NCBI GenBank assembly: GCA_965223845.1
Contig: CBDCXR010000004.1
Span: 480,001-544,000 of the forward strand
Source of the DNA: Planctomycetota bacterium
GTDB lineage: Bacteria > Planctomycetota > UBA8108 > SXIK01
Length of the DNA: 64,000 nt
Reading direction: 5' to 3'
The notes under the pieces are model-generated. The model saw only the letters and a program-made list of their open reading frames with translations. It ran no database searches and had not been told where the DNA came from. This document shows positions 27,529 to 36,875 of this stretch, one piece after another; position 1 is the stretch's first letter; every line of letters starts with the position of its first letter. Made by a program: the position numbers and the translations under genes.

Positions 27529-29085
27529 GTGAATCCACTCCACTCACTCCGTTCCGTGACCAAGCTCGTGATCGTCGCGCTCGTTCTCACGAGCGTGACC
27601 GCTCACGCACAGACCCGGTTTCCGTCTCCGACGCAGCGCATCCGCGATCTCGAGAAGCGACTCACCGAGCGGATCGACGAGCTCGAAAAAGAGGTCGAAC
27701 GCCTCGAGGACGAGAAGCTCGACGCGAAGGGGAAAAAGGGCGGCGACCTATTTTCGGACGGGATCGTCACGATCGGCGACGTCGAATTGAAGCTCGGCGG
27801 CAAGATCGAGCTCCTCTACATCGACACGGACAGCGGCAGCGATGCGGTCTTCGGACGCGCAGATGAGCCGGATCCGCACTTCGAGCTCCAGCGACTCCGG
27901 CTCGCGCCTCGGCTGCGATTCAACCGCCACATCGAAGCGGCGGGGCAGATCGACCTCAAGCCGATCGAGGGACGTCTCACGCTCAAGGAAATGACGGTGC
28001 GCCATCGGTACGAACCGAACTGGTGGCTGCGCTCCACCGTGAGGATCGGGCTCGACGACCGGTTCATTCGTCCGAATCGGAGAACGAAGACGTATCCGCT
28101 CGTCGGAAACGCGTTCTGGCGCGACGAGTCGCTCGGAATCCAGTGGGCGCTGCGGATCGGCGACCCCGATGGACCACCGAAGGAGAAGAAGAAGAAAAAG
28201 AAGAAGGACGACGAAGAAACCGTCGACGTGAGCCACGAAGGCGGCACCGAAGCCGAAGACCGACTCGCGCGCATCGACGCGCGTGCGGAGTACTTCGAGG
28301 ATTCGGAGCCGAGTGTGTTCGATTTCTCGCACAACCCGGGTGCGCTCACATTCTTCGTCTCGCTCAATCAGACTTCGGTTCTCAACGAGAACGAAGTCGG
28401 CTTCGACGGCGCGGCGTTCAACGAAATCGTTCAGGACGATCGCAACCTCGACGGCGATCTCGCGATCAGCGAAGTCGGGTTCGGTCTCCGCTACGGGCGC
28501 GACTTCGATTGGCTCGGGGACCTGTCGATCCTCGGCTTCTTCTACGTCGACAGCCTCAACAACGATTCGCGCGACTTCCTCCAGCAGGATCTCACCGTCC
28601 GCGACAACGGGGGCGTCGCGCTCGCCGGCTACGGCGACTCGCGTTCACGCGACAGCAACAAGTACGGAGTCGGTCTAAACTACTTCCTTCCCGCCGAGAC
28701 GCTCATCGGACGCTGGGTGGACACGCGCGGTCGCGACGGACTCCGCATCCAAGGTCAGTGGATCCGCGCGGAAGACGGCGATCTCAAGCGAAAGGGTTGG
28801 TACGTCATGGGATCGTACCGTTACTCCTTCCGCGAGCGGCTGATCGCGGGGCGCTACCTCCGAAGCGTCGAGCCGCTCGTGCGCTACGGCGAGCTCGATA
28901 CGAACCTCGGGCCGGTCCCATCGCTTCCCGGGACCTGGGATCGCGAGCGTCTCGTGTTCGGCCTCATCACCGAAGTGACCGACGAGGTCTTGTTCAAGAT
29001 CGAGTACGCGATCAACGAGGAGGACACGGGCGTTCGGAGCGTCGACAACGACGAGCTGATGGTCGAGCTCCTCCTCCTCTTTTGA
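27529..29085 (+). CDS. Outer-membrane beta-barrel (porin-like, possibly OprO/P-related) with an N-terminal coiled coil
   Basis: Signal peptide ending AHA-Q, coiled coil (IRDLEKRL...LEKEVERLE), amphipathic strands (GWYVMGSYRY, EPLVRYGEL, LFKIEY), terminal Phe. Likely GTG start at 27529; the ORF track starts at 27394. Confidence 0.75.
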   Translation: MNPLHSLRSVTKLVIVALVLTSVTAHAQTRFPSPTQRIRDLEKRLTERIDELEKEVERLEDEKLDAKGKKGGDLFSDGIVTIGDVELKLGGKIELLYIDTDSGSDAVFGRADEPDPHFELQRLRLAPRLRFNRHIEAAGQIDLKPIEGRLTLKEMTVRHRYEPNWWLRSTVRIGLDDRFIRPNRRTKTYPLVGNAFWRDESLGIQWALRIGDPDGPPKEKKKKKKKDDEETVDVSHEGGTEAEDRLARIDARAEYFEDSEPSVFDFSHNPGALTFFVSLNQTSVLNENEVGFDGAAFNEIVQDDRNLDGDLAISEVGFGLRYGRDFDWLGDLSILGFFYVDSLNNDSRDFLQQDLTVRDNGGVALAGYGDSRSRDSNKYGVGLNYFLPAETLIGRWVDTRGRDGLRIQGQWIRAEDGDLKRKGWYVMGSYRYSFRERLIAGRYLRSVEPLVRYGELDTNLGPVPSLPGTWDRERLVFGLITEVTDEVLFKIEYAINEEDTGVRSVDNDELMVELLLLF

Positions 29086-29445
29086 GCCGTCGAACCGCGC
29101 GCGACGCCCCGGTCCCGACGGACGGACAGCCTCGTCCCTTATCGGAAGCCGGGTCCGGAGCCCCGGGCGTCGATCGTCCGTTCGGACGTCGTCTGTTCTG
29201 ACCGCCGCGCCCGAACATCGGTCCGCTTCGAAGAAGAATTCGTGACGGTTTCGTGTGCAGAGGATAAAAATGGAGGCGCGTGTTTCCTCCCGGTGCGGCG
29301 CCGATCGGCGCTCCGGAGGAATTCGCCGGAGCTGAGGTGGGCCGCTCCGGCGGCACCGCGGGGCGTGGGAGATGTCGTTGGAGGGCCTCCGAGTCAGGCT
29401 CGGTGGACGGTGGAGACGGGGCGGTGATTCACAGGATCGAGACGA

Positions 29446-30309
29446 GTGCCCGCCTTTCGAACCGGTCGCCGCGAGCACAAGTATGAGCTCTCCCCGGCGG
29501 TCGCCGCGGCTCTTCGCGCCGACATCGCTACGCGGCTCCCTCTCTACTCGTACATTCCGGGCCGCACGGAGACCTTCGTGTCGACCGTCTACTTCGATAC
29601 GGTCGATCGCGTTCTCTTTCGCCGCGCGGAGCGTTCGTTCGACGACAATCTAAAGATCCGGGTGAAGGAGTACTTCTACCCGGTCGGGAATTCGGCGAAC
29701 GGGCGGAGCGCCGGGGATGAGCGGATCGTTCGGCGCGAGAACGAGACCATCGAGGGCGGCTTGCTCGTCTCGCCGACCTGCTACGTGGAGCTCAAAGAGC
29801 GAACCGGCGGTGTCGTCACGAAACGTCGGCTGGCACTCCCTAAGGCGCAGGTGCCGCGCTTGTTCGCCGGCGAGGACGTCGCCCCGTTCATCGAGGGTGT
29901 GAACGGCGTCGGCACCCACGGCGCAGGTGTCGCGTCGACCTACTCGCGGCTCTGTCGCGAGCTGAGTCGAGCGCGCGTCGAGTGTTCGTCGATCGTCGTC
30001 TACCACCGCGTCGTCTACCAAGAGTCCGAGTCCGATCTCCGGATCACGTTCGACGACGCGATTCGAGTGTACGCACCGCGTTCGGATCTCTACGATCGGC
30101 ATTCCGCCCTGACTCCCGCCGTGCTCGGGGAGCCGCTGCGACGGCTCGACAAGACGATTCTCGAGATCAAGTGTCCGAGAGAGTATCCGGCCTGGCTCAA
30201 GAGCACCTTGCGGCGCGTTTCTACCAAGCGGCTCTCGAAGTTCACGTCGAGTGTTCGACTCGTCCTCAAATCCGGGAGTCGGCGCCCGGGCGAGGCTGGG
30301 GACGCGTGA
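29446..30309 (+). CDS. VTC-domain (polyphosphate polymerase / TTM fold) protein
   Basis: RREHKY, STVYFDT, KIRVKEY, YVELKER...KRR, YHR, RITFD, ILEIK...PAWL...SKF. Confidence 0.9.
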   Translation: MPAFRTGRREHKYELSPAVAAALRADIATRLPLYSYIPGRTETFVSTVYFDTVDRVLFRRAERSFDDNLKIRVKEYFYPVGNSANGRSAGDERIVRRENETIEGGLLVSPTCYVELKERTGGVVTKRRLALPKAQVPRLFAGEDVAPFIEGVNGVGTHGAGVASTYSRLCRELSRARVECSSIVVYHRVVYQESESDLRITFDDAIRVYAPRSDLYDRHSALTPAVLGEPLRRLDKTILEIKCPREYPAWLKSTLRRVSTKRLSKFTSSVRLVLKSGSRRPGEAGDA

Positions 30310-30611
30310 GCCATCGCGCCTGAAATCACGGTGTTTCTATCGACATCGACGGCGCTATGTCGTAAATCTGTCCTTTCGTCGGTTCGCCTCGCCACTCTCC
30401 GAGCCCCTCCCCTCGAGTCGATTCGACGGACGATTCCTCACCGCGAAGTTCCGCTCGCACGACCGACGCTCCGCGTCTCCTTCGCGCCGTCGAGATCCGG
30501 CCGGCGCGGTGAGACGGATCACGGTGAGTCGCCGCCGCGCGCCTGCGACCCACGAAGCGCTCGCGGCTGCCCGCGATTCGAACTGCAACGCTGACCGAAC
30601 CAAAAGAATCC

Positions 30612-32384
30612 ATGGCCCAGCCCGACGCGGCACCGCCGCCAGTGTTCATCGACTTTGAAGGGATCGATGGGAGCGGCAAGACGACGCTCTCCAATCGACT
30701 TGCCGCGTTTCTCGAGGAGAAGGGAATCCCGGTCCATCACGCGCGGAGCGGCGGTGTCTTTCGCTCAGAGATCTCGAAGGAAATCCGCACCCTGACGCGG
30801 GCGCCGCGCTTCCTGCGAATGAGCGATATCACGGAGCTGATGCTCTACGTCGCTCGCGACACGCAGATGATCGACGAGTTCATCCGGCCGAAGCTTCTGC
30901 CGGGTCACGTCGTGTTCAGCGATCGTTACCTCTACTCGACCATCGTGCACAGCCACCACGCGCGGGGAGTTCCGAGGGAGCAGGTCGACGCGGTGCTCGA
31001 CGTCGCAGCGCGCGGCCTCTGGCCGGATATCGTGATCTACAGCGACGTCGACCCGCTGACGTCGCGGGTGAGAAAGAAGATTCAAAAGGTTCGCGACCGA
31101 CGGCCCCTCGGGGACTTCGGGCGGAAGGGGCTGATGGGGATCGGGTTCCGCGAAGAGATGCGGAACGGCTTTCTCAAGCTCGCCGAAGAGGATCCGGACC
31201 GCTGGATCGTCATCGACAATGCGAACAGCACGATCGAGGAGTCGCTCCAGCGGATCTTCGAACGTGTCGCGACGGTGCTCGAGAGGAAGGGCTACGCCCA
31301 GCTCGAAGATCCGCACTGGGCTGATCTCTCGTCGCCGCGCGAGCGTCCTCAGACTCGTCTCCGGCGGCGCGTGGAGGAACTCCTCGCGATCGAGGACGAC
31401 GCGGCGCGGAGGAGCGCGGCCTACGATCTCTTCTACGAGGAGCTGCGCGCGCTCGCCGACGAGAATCCCGGCTATGTCGGGCTCTATCTGAGCGGGGTGG
31501 CGACGCCCGAGGCACACGAGCTGCGCGAGCGGATTCTCGATCGCGAACCCGCGCTCGTCGCATTCGGTCTGCAGGGCGTGCGGACACCGGAGTCGATGGA
31601 GCTCCGAGAGAAGCTGAAGGATTCGCAGCCGCACTACGTCGCGCGCAGTCTCTCCGGATTCGCCGAAACTCCGGAGGTTGTCGCGATGCGGGAGGCGCTC
31701 GCCTCCGTCGCTCCCGAATACGTGGCGCTCACCGTGCGCGGGGACGACACGCCTCACGCCTGGGAAATCCGCCGGCAGATCGGAAAGAACGCCCCGCGGG
31801 AAGTCTTGATCAGCCTCCGCGGCCTCGATGTCGACCTCGCCTGGGAGTACCGAGACAAGTGGTCGAAGGAGCGGCTGCTGCCGGCGCTTCTCGAGAGTCT
31901 AGGCGGTATCGACACGGAGCGTGCGTGGCGCTGGCGGGATGAACTCTCGGCGATGTACCTACCGTGGGTCCTGATGAGCCTCCGCGGCGTGATGTCGGAC
32001 CGAGCGTGGGATCTTCGCCTCGAGCACGTCCGGCGAGCGCCCAAGATCGTGATCAAGACCATCGGCCGGAGCTCGGATCCGCGCGCCTGGACGCTGCGTG
32101 AAGCCGCGAAGCTCTACGCGAAAGAGGTGCTGGATTCTCTCAGTGGGATCGACAGCGCAGCGGCGTGGAAGCTCCGGCAGGAGCTCCGCGAGAAGTGGCC
32201 CAACACGTGCGTCTCGAGCATCGGCGCGCGCGTTCAGTCCGAGCGAGCGTGGAACTTTCGCTGGGAAATGGTGCGCGCCAATCCGGAGAACCTCCTCCTT
32301 CTCAAGCACATCATGAAGGCGGACCTCCGGACGCTCGAGCTGGACGATGATTGGGACGACGAGGACGAGTCGGATTTTACGTAG
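30612..32384 (+). CDS. tmk: Thymidylate-kinase-family domain fused to a C-terminal helical repeat solenoid (590 aa)
   Basis: FEGIDGSGKTT P-loop, SDRYLYS and WPDIVIYSDVDP in the first ~220 aa, then ten ~27-aa repeats. Confidence 0.8.
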   Translation: MAQPDAAPPPVFIDFEGIDGSGKTTLSNRLAAFLEEKGIPVHHARSGGVFRSEISKEIRTLTRAPRFLRMSDITELMLYVARDTQMIDEFIRPKLLPGHVVFSDRYLYSTIVHSHHARGVPREQVDAVLDVAARGLWPDIVIYSDVDPLTSRVRKKIQKVRDRRPLGDFGRKGLMGIGFREEMRNGFLKLAEEDPDRWIVIDNANSTIEESLQRIFERVATVLERKGYAQLEDPHWADLSSPRERPQTRLRRRVEELLAIEDDAARRSAAYDLFYEELRALADENPGYVGLYLSGVATPEAHELRERILDREPALVAFGLQGVRTPESMELREKLKDSQPHYVARSLSGFAETPEVVAMREALASVAPEYVALTVRGDDTPHAWEIRRQIGKNAPREVLISLRGLDVDLAWEYRDKWSKERLLPALLESLGGIDTERAWRWRDELSAMYLPWVLMSLRGVMSDRAWDLRLEHVRRAPKIVIKTIGRSSDPRAWTLREAAKLYAKEVLDSLSGIDSAAAWKLRQELREKWPNTCVSSIGARVQSERAWNFRWEMVRANPENLLLLKHIMKADLRTLELDDDWDDEDESDFT

Positions 32385-32441
32385 TCCGGCGTCGTCGACG
32401 GCGGAGTAGCGCGAGCGAACGGAAGCCGCCGATCGATCGAC

Positions 32442-33386
32442 TCAGCGCGGCTCCGCATCGGAATCTTCGTGTTCCTCGTCGCCCAGCGAATCGCTCGCGA
32501 ACGGCATTTCTCCGCGAGCGCCCGAGTCGAAGAGGTCCGCGATCCGGAGCGGCTGAGGCTCGACGGACGTCTCCTCGTCCTCCTCGTCGGCGCGCTGGCG
32601 GAGCTCGAACGTGAGCTGTCCGCTCGCCGCGCGGGAGACTCGCGCGGGAGCGTCGTCGTCCTCGCCGGCGAAGATCCACCCGTAGCGCTCCTCCCACGGC
32701 GGGATCGTCGCCCGTATCGCGACACCGGCTTCGTTCTCTTCTAGAAGCTCGATCGCGTCGAGGACGGCCGGGTGGTTCGACGCGAACTCCGCGCCGTAGA
32801 GCTCTTTCAGCACGGGAATCTGACGCCGATCGCCAACCCGCGCGATGGCACCGCAGAGGTCGACCAACCCGCGCTCCTCCGGTGCTTCCCGACGTTCGGC
32901 CGAGACGCGACTCGCGAGAAACTCCATCACTCGGTCGCGGACGAACTCGTCGTCGAGAACGCCGATCGACCCGAGAGCTCCGTAGACGCGACGATTGAGG
33001 TGCGGGTGCCCTTCTTCTTCCACTGCGGTCATCAGAGCCTCGACCGCCGGTTCGCCGATGCGAAGGAGGGCCACCTCGGCGGCGTCCTGGAGCTGCTCGT
33101 CGTTCTCGACGAGCAGCGCGCGGAGGAGGAGGGGGATCGCGACGCGCGATCGGAGCTCCCCGAGGATGACGGCGGTCCAGACCGATGCCGACGAGTCGTC
33201 GTTTTGGTGCTCGAGCGACAGATCGAGAAGATCGATGAGCTGCTCTTCCGCGCGTGAATCCTGCGCGGCGAGCGCGACGAAGTGCCGAACCGCGCGCGCG
33301 ATCTCCTCATCGTCTTCAGAGAAGAGGGCGAGGAGATCTTCGTCGACCATCTCCCGGAGCCAAGGGGTGTCGTCGATTTGAGTCAA
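32442..33386 (-). CDS. Acidic HEAT-repeat protein
   Basis: TAVILGELRSRVAIPLLLRAL, AEVALLRIGEPAVEAL and GAIARVGDRRQIPVL HEAT-like units. Confidence 0.8.
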   Translation of the reverse strand: MTQIDDTPWLREMVDEDLLALFSEDDEEIARAVRHFVALAAQDSRAEEQLIDLLDLSLEHQNDDSSASVWTAVILGELRSRVAIPLLLRALLVENDEQLQDAAEVALLRIGEPAVEALMTAVEEEGHPHLNRRVYGALGSIGVLDDEFVRDRVMEFLASRVSAERREAPEERGLVDLCGAIARVGDRRQIPVLKELYGAEFASNHPAVLDAIELLEENEAGVAIRATIPPWEERYGWIFAGEDDDAPARVSRAASGQLTFELRQRADEEDEETSVEPQPLRIADLFDSGARGEMPFASDSLGDEEHEDSDAEPR

Positions 33387-33434
33387 GCCGCCACCGTTCG
33401 GGGAAGAGGAGACGCGAAGAGTCGAGCGCGGCGA

Positions 33435-35639
33435 TCACCAGTCGTCATCGTCGTCGTCGTCTCCCCAGTCGTCATCGTCGTCCGAGGAGTCGTCGTCATC
33501 GTCGTCTCCCCAGTCGTCGTCGTCGTCCGAGGAGTCGTCGTCATCGTCGTCTCCCCAGTCGTCGTCGTCGTCCGAGGAGTCGTCGTCATCGTCGTCTCCC
33601 CAGTCGTCATCGTCGTCCGAGGAGTCGTCGTCATCGTCGTCTCCCCAGTCGTCGTCGTCGTCCGAGGAGTCGTCGTCATCGTCGTCTCCCCAGTCGTCAT
33701 CGTCGTCCGAGGAGTCGTCGTCATCGTCGTCTCCCCAGTCGTCATCGTCGTCCGAGGAGTCGTCGTCATCGTCGTCTCCCCAGTCGTCGTCGTCCGAGGA
33801 GTCGTCGTCATCGTCGTCTCCCCAGTCGTCGTCGTCCGAGGAGTCGTCGTCATCGTCGTCTCCCCAGTCGTCGTCATCGTCGTCTCCCCAGTCGTCATCA
33901 TCGTCGTCCGAGGAGTCGTCGTCATCGTCGTCTCCCCAGTCGTCGTCATCGTCGTCCGAGGAGTCGTCGTCATCGTCGTCCGAGGAGTCGTCGTCATCGT
34001 CGTCTCCCCAGTCGTCGTCGTCATCGTCTCCGGGCTCGGGATCGCGCTTTCGGTCTCCTCCGGGCGTATTCTTCTGCTGGAGAGCGACGACGCCTTGAAG
34101 CTGCTCGAGGAGCTTCGACGCGTCGTTGCGAATCGCCGAGTCTCCGTACTGCATCGCATTCTGGAGGACACGAACCGCCTCCGGTCCTTTGCTCGCCTGA
34201 GTCAGTCGCTCGACCCTCTTCTGATCCTTGTCCCAGCGAGACGTGAGCTCGGCCGAGATATCATCCACCTCCGGGTAGATCTCCTCCTTCCGCCGCGGAT
34301 AGGACGCGAGGAGTTCCTCCAGCACGGCGAGGGCGTCGCCGAGCTGTCCCTTCTCGCGGAGGCTTCTCGCTTCATCGAACGACTTTGTGAATGCCGATGC
34401 GCCGCCGCCGGCTTCCTCCTCGACCATCGCGACATCGCGCTCTCGCTCCTCCCATGCCTTGTACACGGCATCCGAGAGGAGCTTCGCCTTCGGCGAATCG
34501 AACTGCACGTCCATCTTGCGGCGGTATTCTTCGTAGCGTCTCTTCGCCGGTATCGCGCTCCCCCCTTTGAGGAGACGATCGATCTGGAGGCCTCTCTCGG
34601 CGAATTCTTGCTTCCAGCCCGCAATGCGGTCGGCGAGCTGCTTTTCTTGCTTCACTCGGTCTTGCTCGGGGATCGCGGCGAGGGAGCGCTCGGCGTTCAC
34701 CTTTGCTTTGTGAACGAAGAAGATCCCGATCACGAGTCCGAGGAGTGCTCCCGCGATCGAAATGTAGGGCGTCGGGCGGCGCGGCGGGAGCCCGTAGTCC
34801 CCGGAATCGAGATCGTCCTCGACCGCACGCTGGCGATCGGCCCCGACTCGTCCTCCTCGTCGTCCGGAACCGCGTCGAGAGTTCGCCCCTCTCGTCCGGC
34901 GCCCGCCGCCTCTGCTTCCGCGAGCTCCGGCCGAGCGATCGGGCTCTGCGCCGCTTGCACGCGCCCCCGCGGCCCGACGGACAGCGCCCGATTTCGCCTT
35001 GGCGCGAGCGGTGCCCGCGGCCGGTGCTGCCGGCGCCCGTCCGGCGCTGCGGGTCGGAGCGGCCGCCGCAGGACGCGCCGGAGCCTTCCGAGCGGGCGCT
35101 TCGGTGGCTTTCCCGGTCGCGCCGCCCGCATGAATCGCCGCGGCGAGTCGGGATTCTAAGTGCTCGAGGCTCGCCGGACGATCGGCCGGCTCCTTCGCGA
35201 GCAGGCTGGACACCACGGCGTCGAGCGAGGCGGGTGCATTCGGCGCGGCATCGCGAAGCCGGGGTGCGTTCGCGCTGATCTGCGCTTTGAGGAGCGCCTT
35301 GGGCGAGTCCGCGGAGAAGGGCGGAGTGCCGGTCACCAGCTCGAACAACGTACAACCGAGCGAGTAGAGGGTCGCGGCATCGTCCGGCTCACCGCCGCGG
35401 GCCACTTCGGGAGCGACGTACGCAGGGAACTCGACGACAGGAGGGAGAGCATCGTCCCCGGGGAGCAGTCGGATCGATCGATCCGCACCGAGCGCGATTC
35501 TCTCCGGGGCGATGATGCCACCCACTCCGCCGGCCTTGAGCTGCCGAACGATCGAGAGGACGACCTTCCCCGCTTGCGCCGGCGGGAGTGCCCCCTTCGA
35601 TTGGAGATAGCGGTCGAGCGTGAGGCCGTTCCCTGCCAT
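33435..35639 (-). CDS. Membrane-anchored Ser/Thr pseudokinase (C-lobe only) with an Asp-rich repeat tail
   Basis: PAYVAPE, LYSLGCTLFELVTGTPPF and LLAKEPADRP present. No Gly-loop, VAIK, HRD or DFG. TM helix ISIAGALLGLVIGIFFV. ~195-aa D/W/G/S tail. Confidence 0.85.
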   Translation of the reverse strand: MAGNGLTLDRYLQSKGALPPAQAGKVVLSIVRQLKAGGVGGIIAPERIALGADRSIRLLPGDDALPPVVEFPAYVAPEVARGGEPDDAATLYSLGCTLFELVTGTPPFSADSPKALLKAQISANAPRLRDAAPNAPASLDAVVSSLLAKEPADRPASLEHLESRLAAAIHAGGATGKATEAPARKAPARPAAAAPTRSAGRAPAAPAAGTARAKAKSGAVRRAAGARASGAEPDRSAGARGSRGGGRRTRGANSRRGSGRRGGRVGADRQRAVEDDLDSGDYGLPPRRPTPYISIAGALLGLVIGIFFVHKAKVNAERSLAAIPEQDRVKQEKQLADRIAGWKQEFAERGLQIDRLLKGGSAIPAKRRYEEYRRKMDVQFDSPKAKLLSDAVYKAWEERERDVAMVEEEAGGGASAFTKSFDEARSLREKGQLGDALAVLEELLASYPRRKEEIYPEVDDISAELTSRWDKDQKRVERLTQASKGPEAVRVLQNAMQYGDSAIRNDASKLLEQLQGVVALQQKNTPGGDRKRDPEPGDDDDDDWGDDDDDDSSDDDDDDSSDDDDDDWGDDDDDDSSDDDDDDWGDDDDDDWGDDDDDDSSDDDDWGDDDDDDSSDDDDWGDDDDDDSSDDDDDWGDDDDDDSSDDDDDWGDDDDDDSSDDDDDWGDDDDDDSSDDDDDWGDDDDDDSSDDDDDWGDDDDDDSSDDDDDWGDDDDDDSSDDDDDWGDDDDDDDW
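33438..34027. repeat. Intragenic tandem repeat, ~45-bp unit encoding DDDDD-WG-DDDDDD-SS
   Basis: About 13 copies of gtcgtcatcgtcgtctccccagtcgtc...gtccgagga, with codon-length variation. Confidence 0.95.
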
Positions 35640-36014
35640 GGATCACCTCGCTGAGGTTGTTGGGCGCCGAGCGGCCACGCGGGAAAACCTAGATCGTGGC
35701 AGCAGCGCGCGAGAGACGGGTTGCGAGGACGCACGCCTCAGACGAGGCGCATCGCTCAAAGTTCGGTGGACGATTCGCGCTTCGGCGCGGACGGCATCGA
35801 AAGTCGCCCCGGCGCCGCTCGACTCGCGTGACCGTCTCTCACTCCCTTTCGTCCCGGCCGGGGTCCGGTCGCCGCGCGGCGATCCCGGCTCGGGGTGGTT
35901 TCATCCCGCTCCGTCCCGCTCGCGGGACGGTGGGATGGCAAGGTGTGCGAGGGCGAGAGCCACCGGGGGACGCGGGTGAACATCTCCCCGCGCCGACTCG
36001 ATTCCAAGCGGGAA

Positions 36015-36875
36015 TTATAGCACGGCGTGAAGTACGACCGCGGTCATAAAAACTAGGCTCACGACTCCGTTCAGTGTGAAGAACGCGAGATTGACCCGGC
36101 TCAGGTCGCCGCCGCGAACGAGGCTGTTCTCGTAGGCGAGAATCGCCCCGACGCAGACGACACCGACCCAGTAGGGGAGAGTGAGCTCTCCGAGCCAGCC
36201 GACTGCAGCGAGGAGTCCGACTGACGCGACGTGGAGGACCCTCGTCACGACGAGCGCGCGCCGGACACCCCAACGGGCGGGGATCGAACGGAGCCCGTAG
36301 GCGACGTCGAACTCGCGATCCTGACACGCGTAGATGATATCGAACCCGGCGGTCCAGCAGATGACTGCGAGTCCGAGCAGAGCCGGGAGGACGGCGACTT
36401 CCGCGCGCACCGCGACCCAGGCCCCGAGCGGCGAGAGTCCGAGCGCCACGCCGAGGGCGATGTGGGAGAGAGACGTGAATCGTTTGGTGAACGAGTACCC
36501 GAAGAGAACGACGAGGACGATCGGCGAGAGCGCGAACGCGAGCGAGTTGATCCAGGACGCCACCGCCACGAAGCCGAGCGAGGAGAGAAGCGCCGCGCCG
36601 CCGACGAAACGGCGGCTGAGCCGCCCGGCCGGAATCGCTCGCTCCTCGGTGCGCGGATTCGCGGCGTCGATGGTGGCGTCCGCTAAGCGGTTGAACGCCA
36701 TCGCCCCCGTTCGCGCGAGCACGACGGCGAGAACGATCTTTCCTAGGAGCGCGAGGTTCGGTAGACCCTCGGACGCGAGAAACGCCGCCGCGATCGCGAA
36801 CGGAAGCGCGAAGATCGAGTGAGCGATCTTGATCGATTCCGCGAACTCTCCGAGCTTACGGAGGAGGGACGTCAT
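36015..36875 (-). CDS. ubiA: UbiA-family prenyltransferase (MqnP / 4-hydroxybenzoate polyprenyltransferase-like)
   Basis: HSIFALPFA, ARTGAMAFNRLADATIDAANPRT, YSFTKRFT, GFDIIYACQD, AFFTLNG. Start MTSLLRK overlaps the ubiX stop. Confidence 0.92.
   Translation of the reverse strand: MTSLLRKLGEFAESIKIAHSIFALPFAIAAAFLASEGLPNLALLGKIVLAVVLARTGAMAFNRLADATIDAANPRTEERAIPAGRLSRRFVGGAALLSSLGFVAVASWINSLAFALSPIVLVVLFGYSFTKRFTSLSHIALGVALGLSPLGAWVAVRAEVAVLPALLGLAVICWTAGFDIIYACQDREFDVAYGLRSIPARWGVRRALVVTRVLHVASVGLLAAVGWLGELTLPYWVGVVCVGAILAYENSLVRGGDLSRVNLAFFTLNGVVSLVFMTAVVLHAVL

Noticed and set aside
33438-34027. Poly-Asp tail as a chaperone for the H1-like protein, or WG units as Argonaute hooks
   Set aside because: The tail probably lies on the far side of the membrane, the genes are unlinked, and no Argonaute is visible.
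33282-35159. Val/Ile-rich (+) and Thr/Met-rich (-) ORFs over the Asp repeat
   Set aside because: Alternative frames of the repeat. The Asp frame is continuous with the kinase-like and TM domains.
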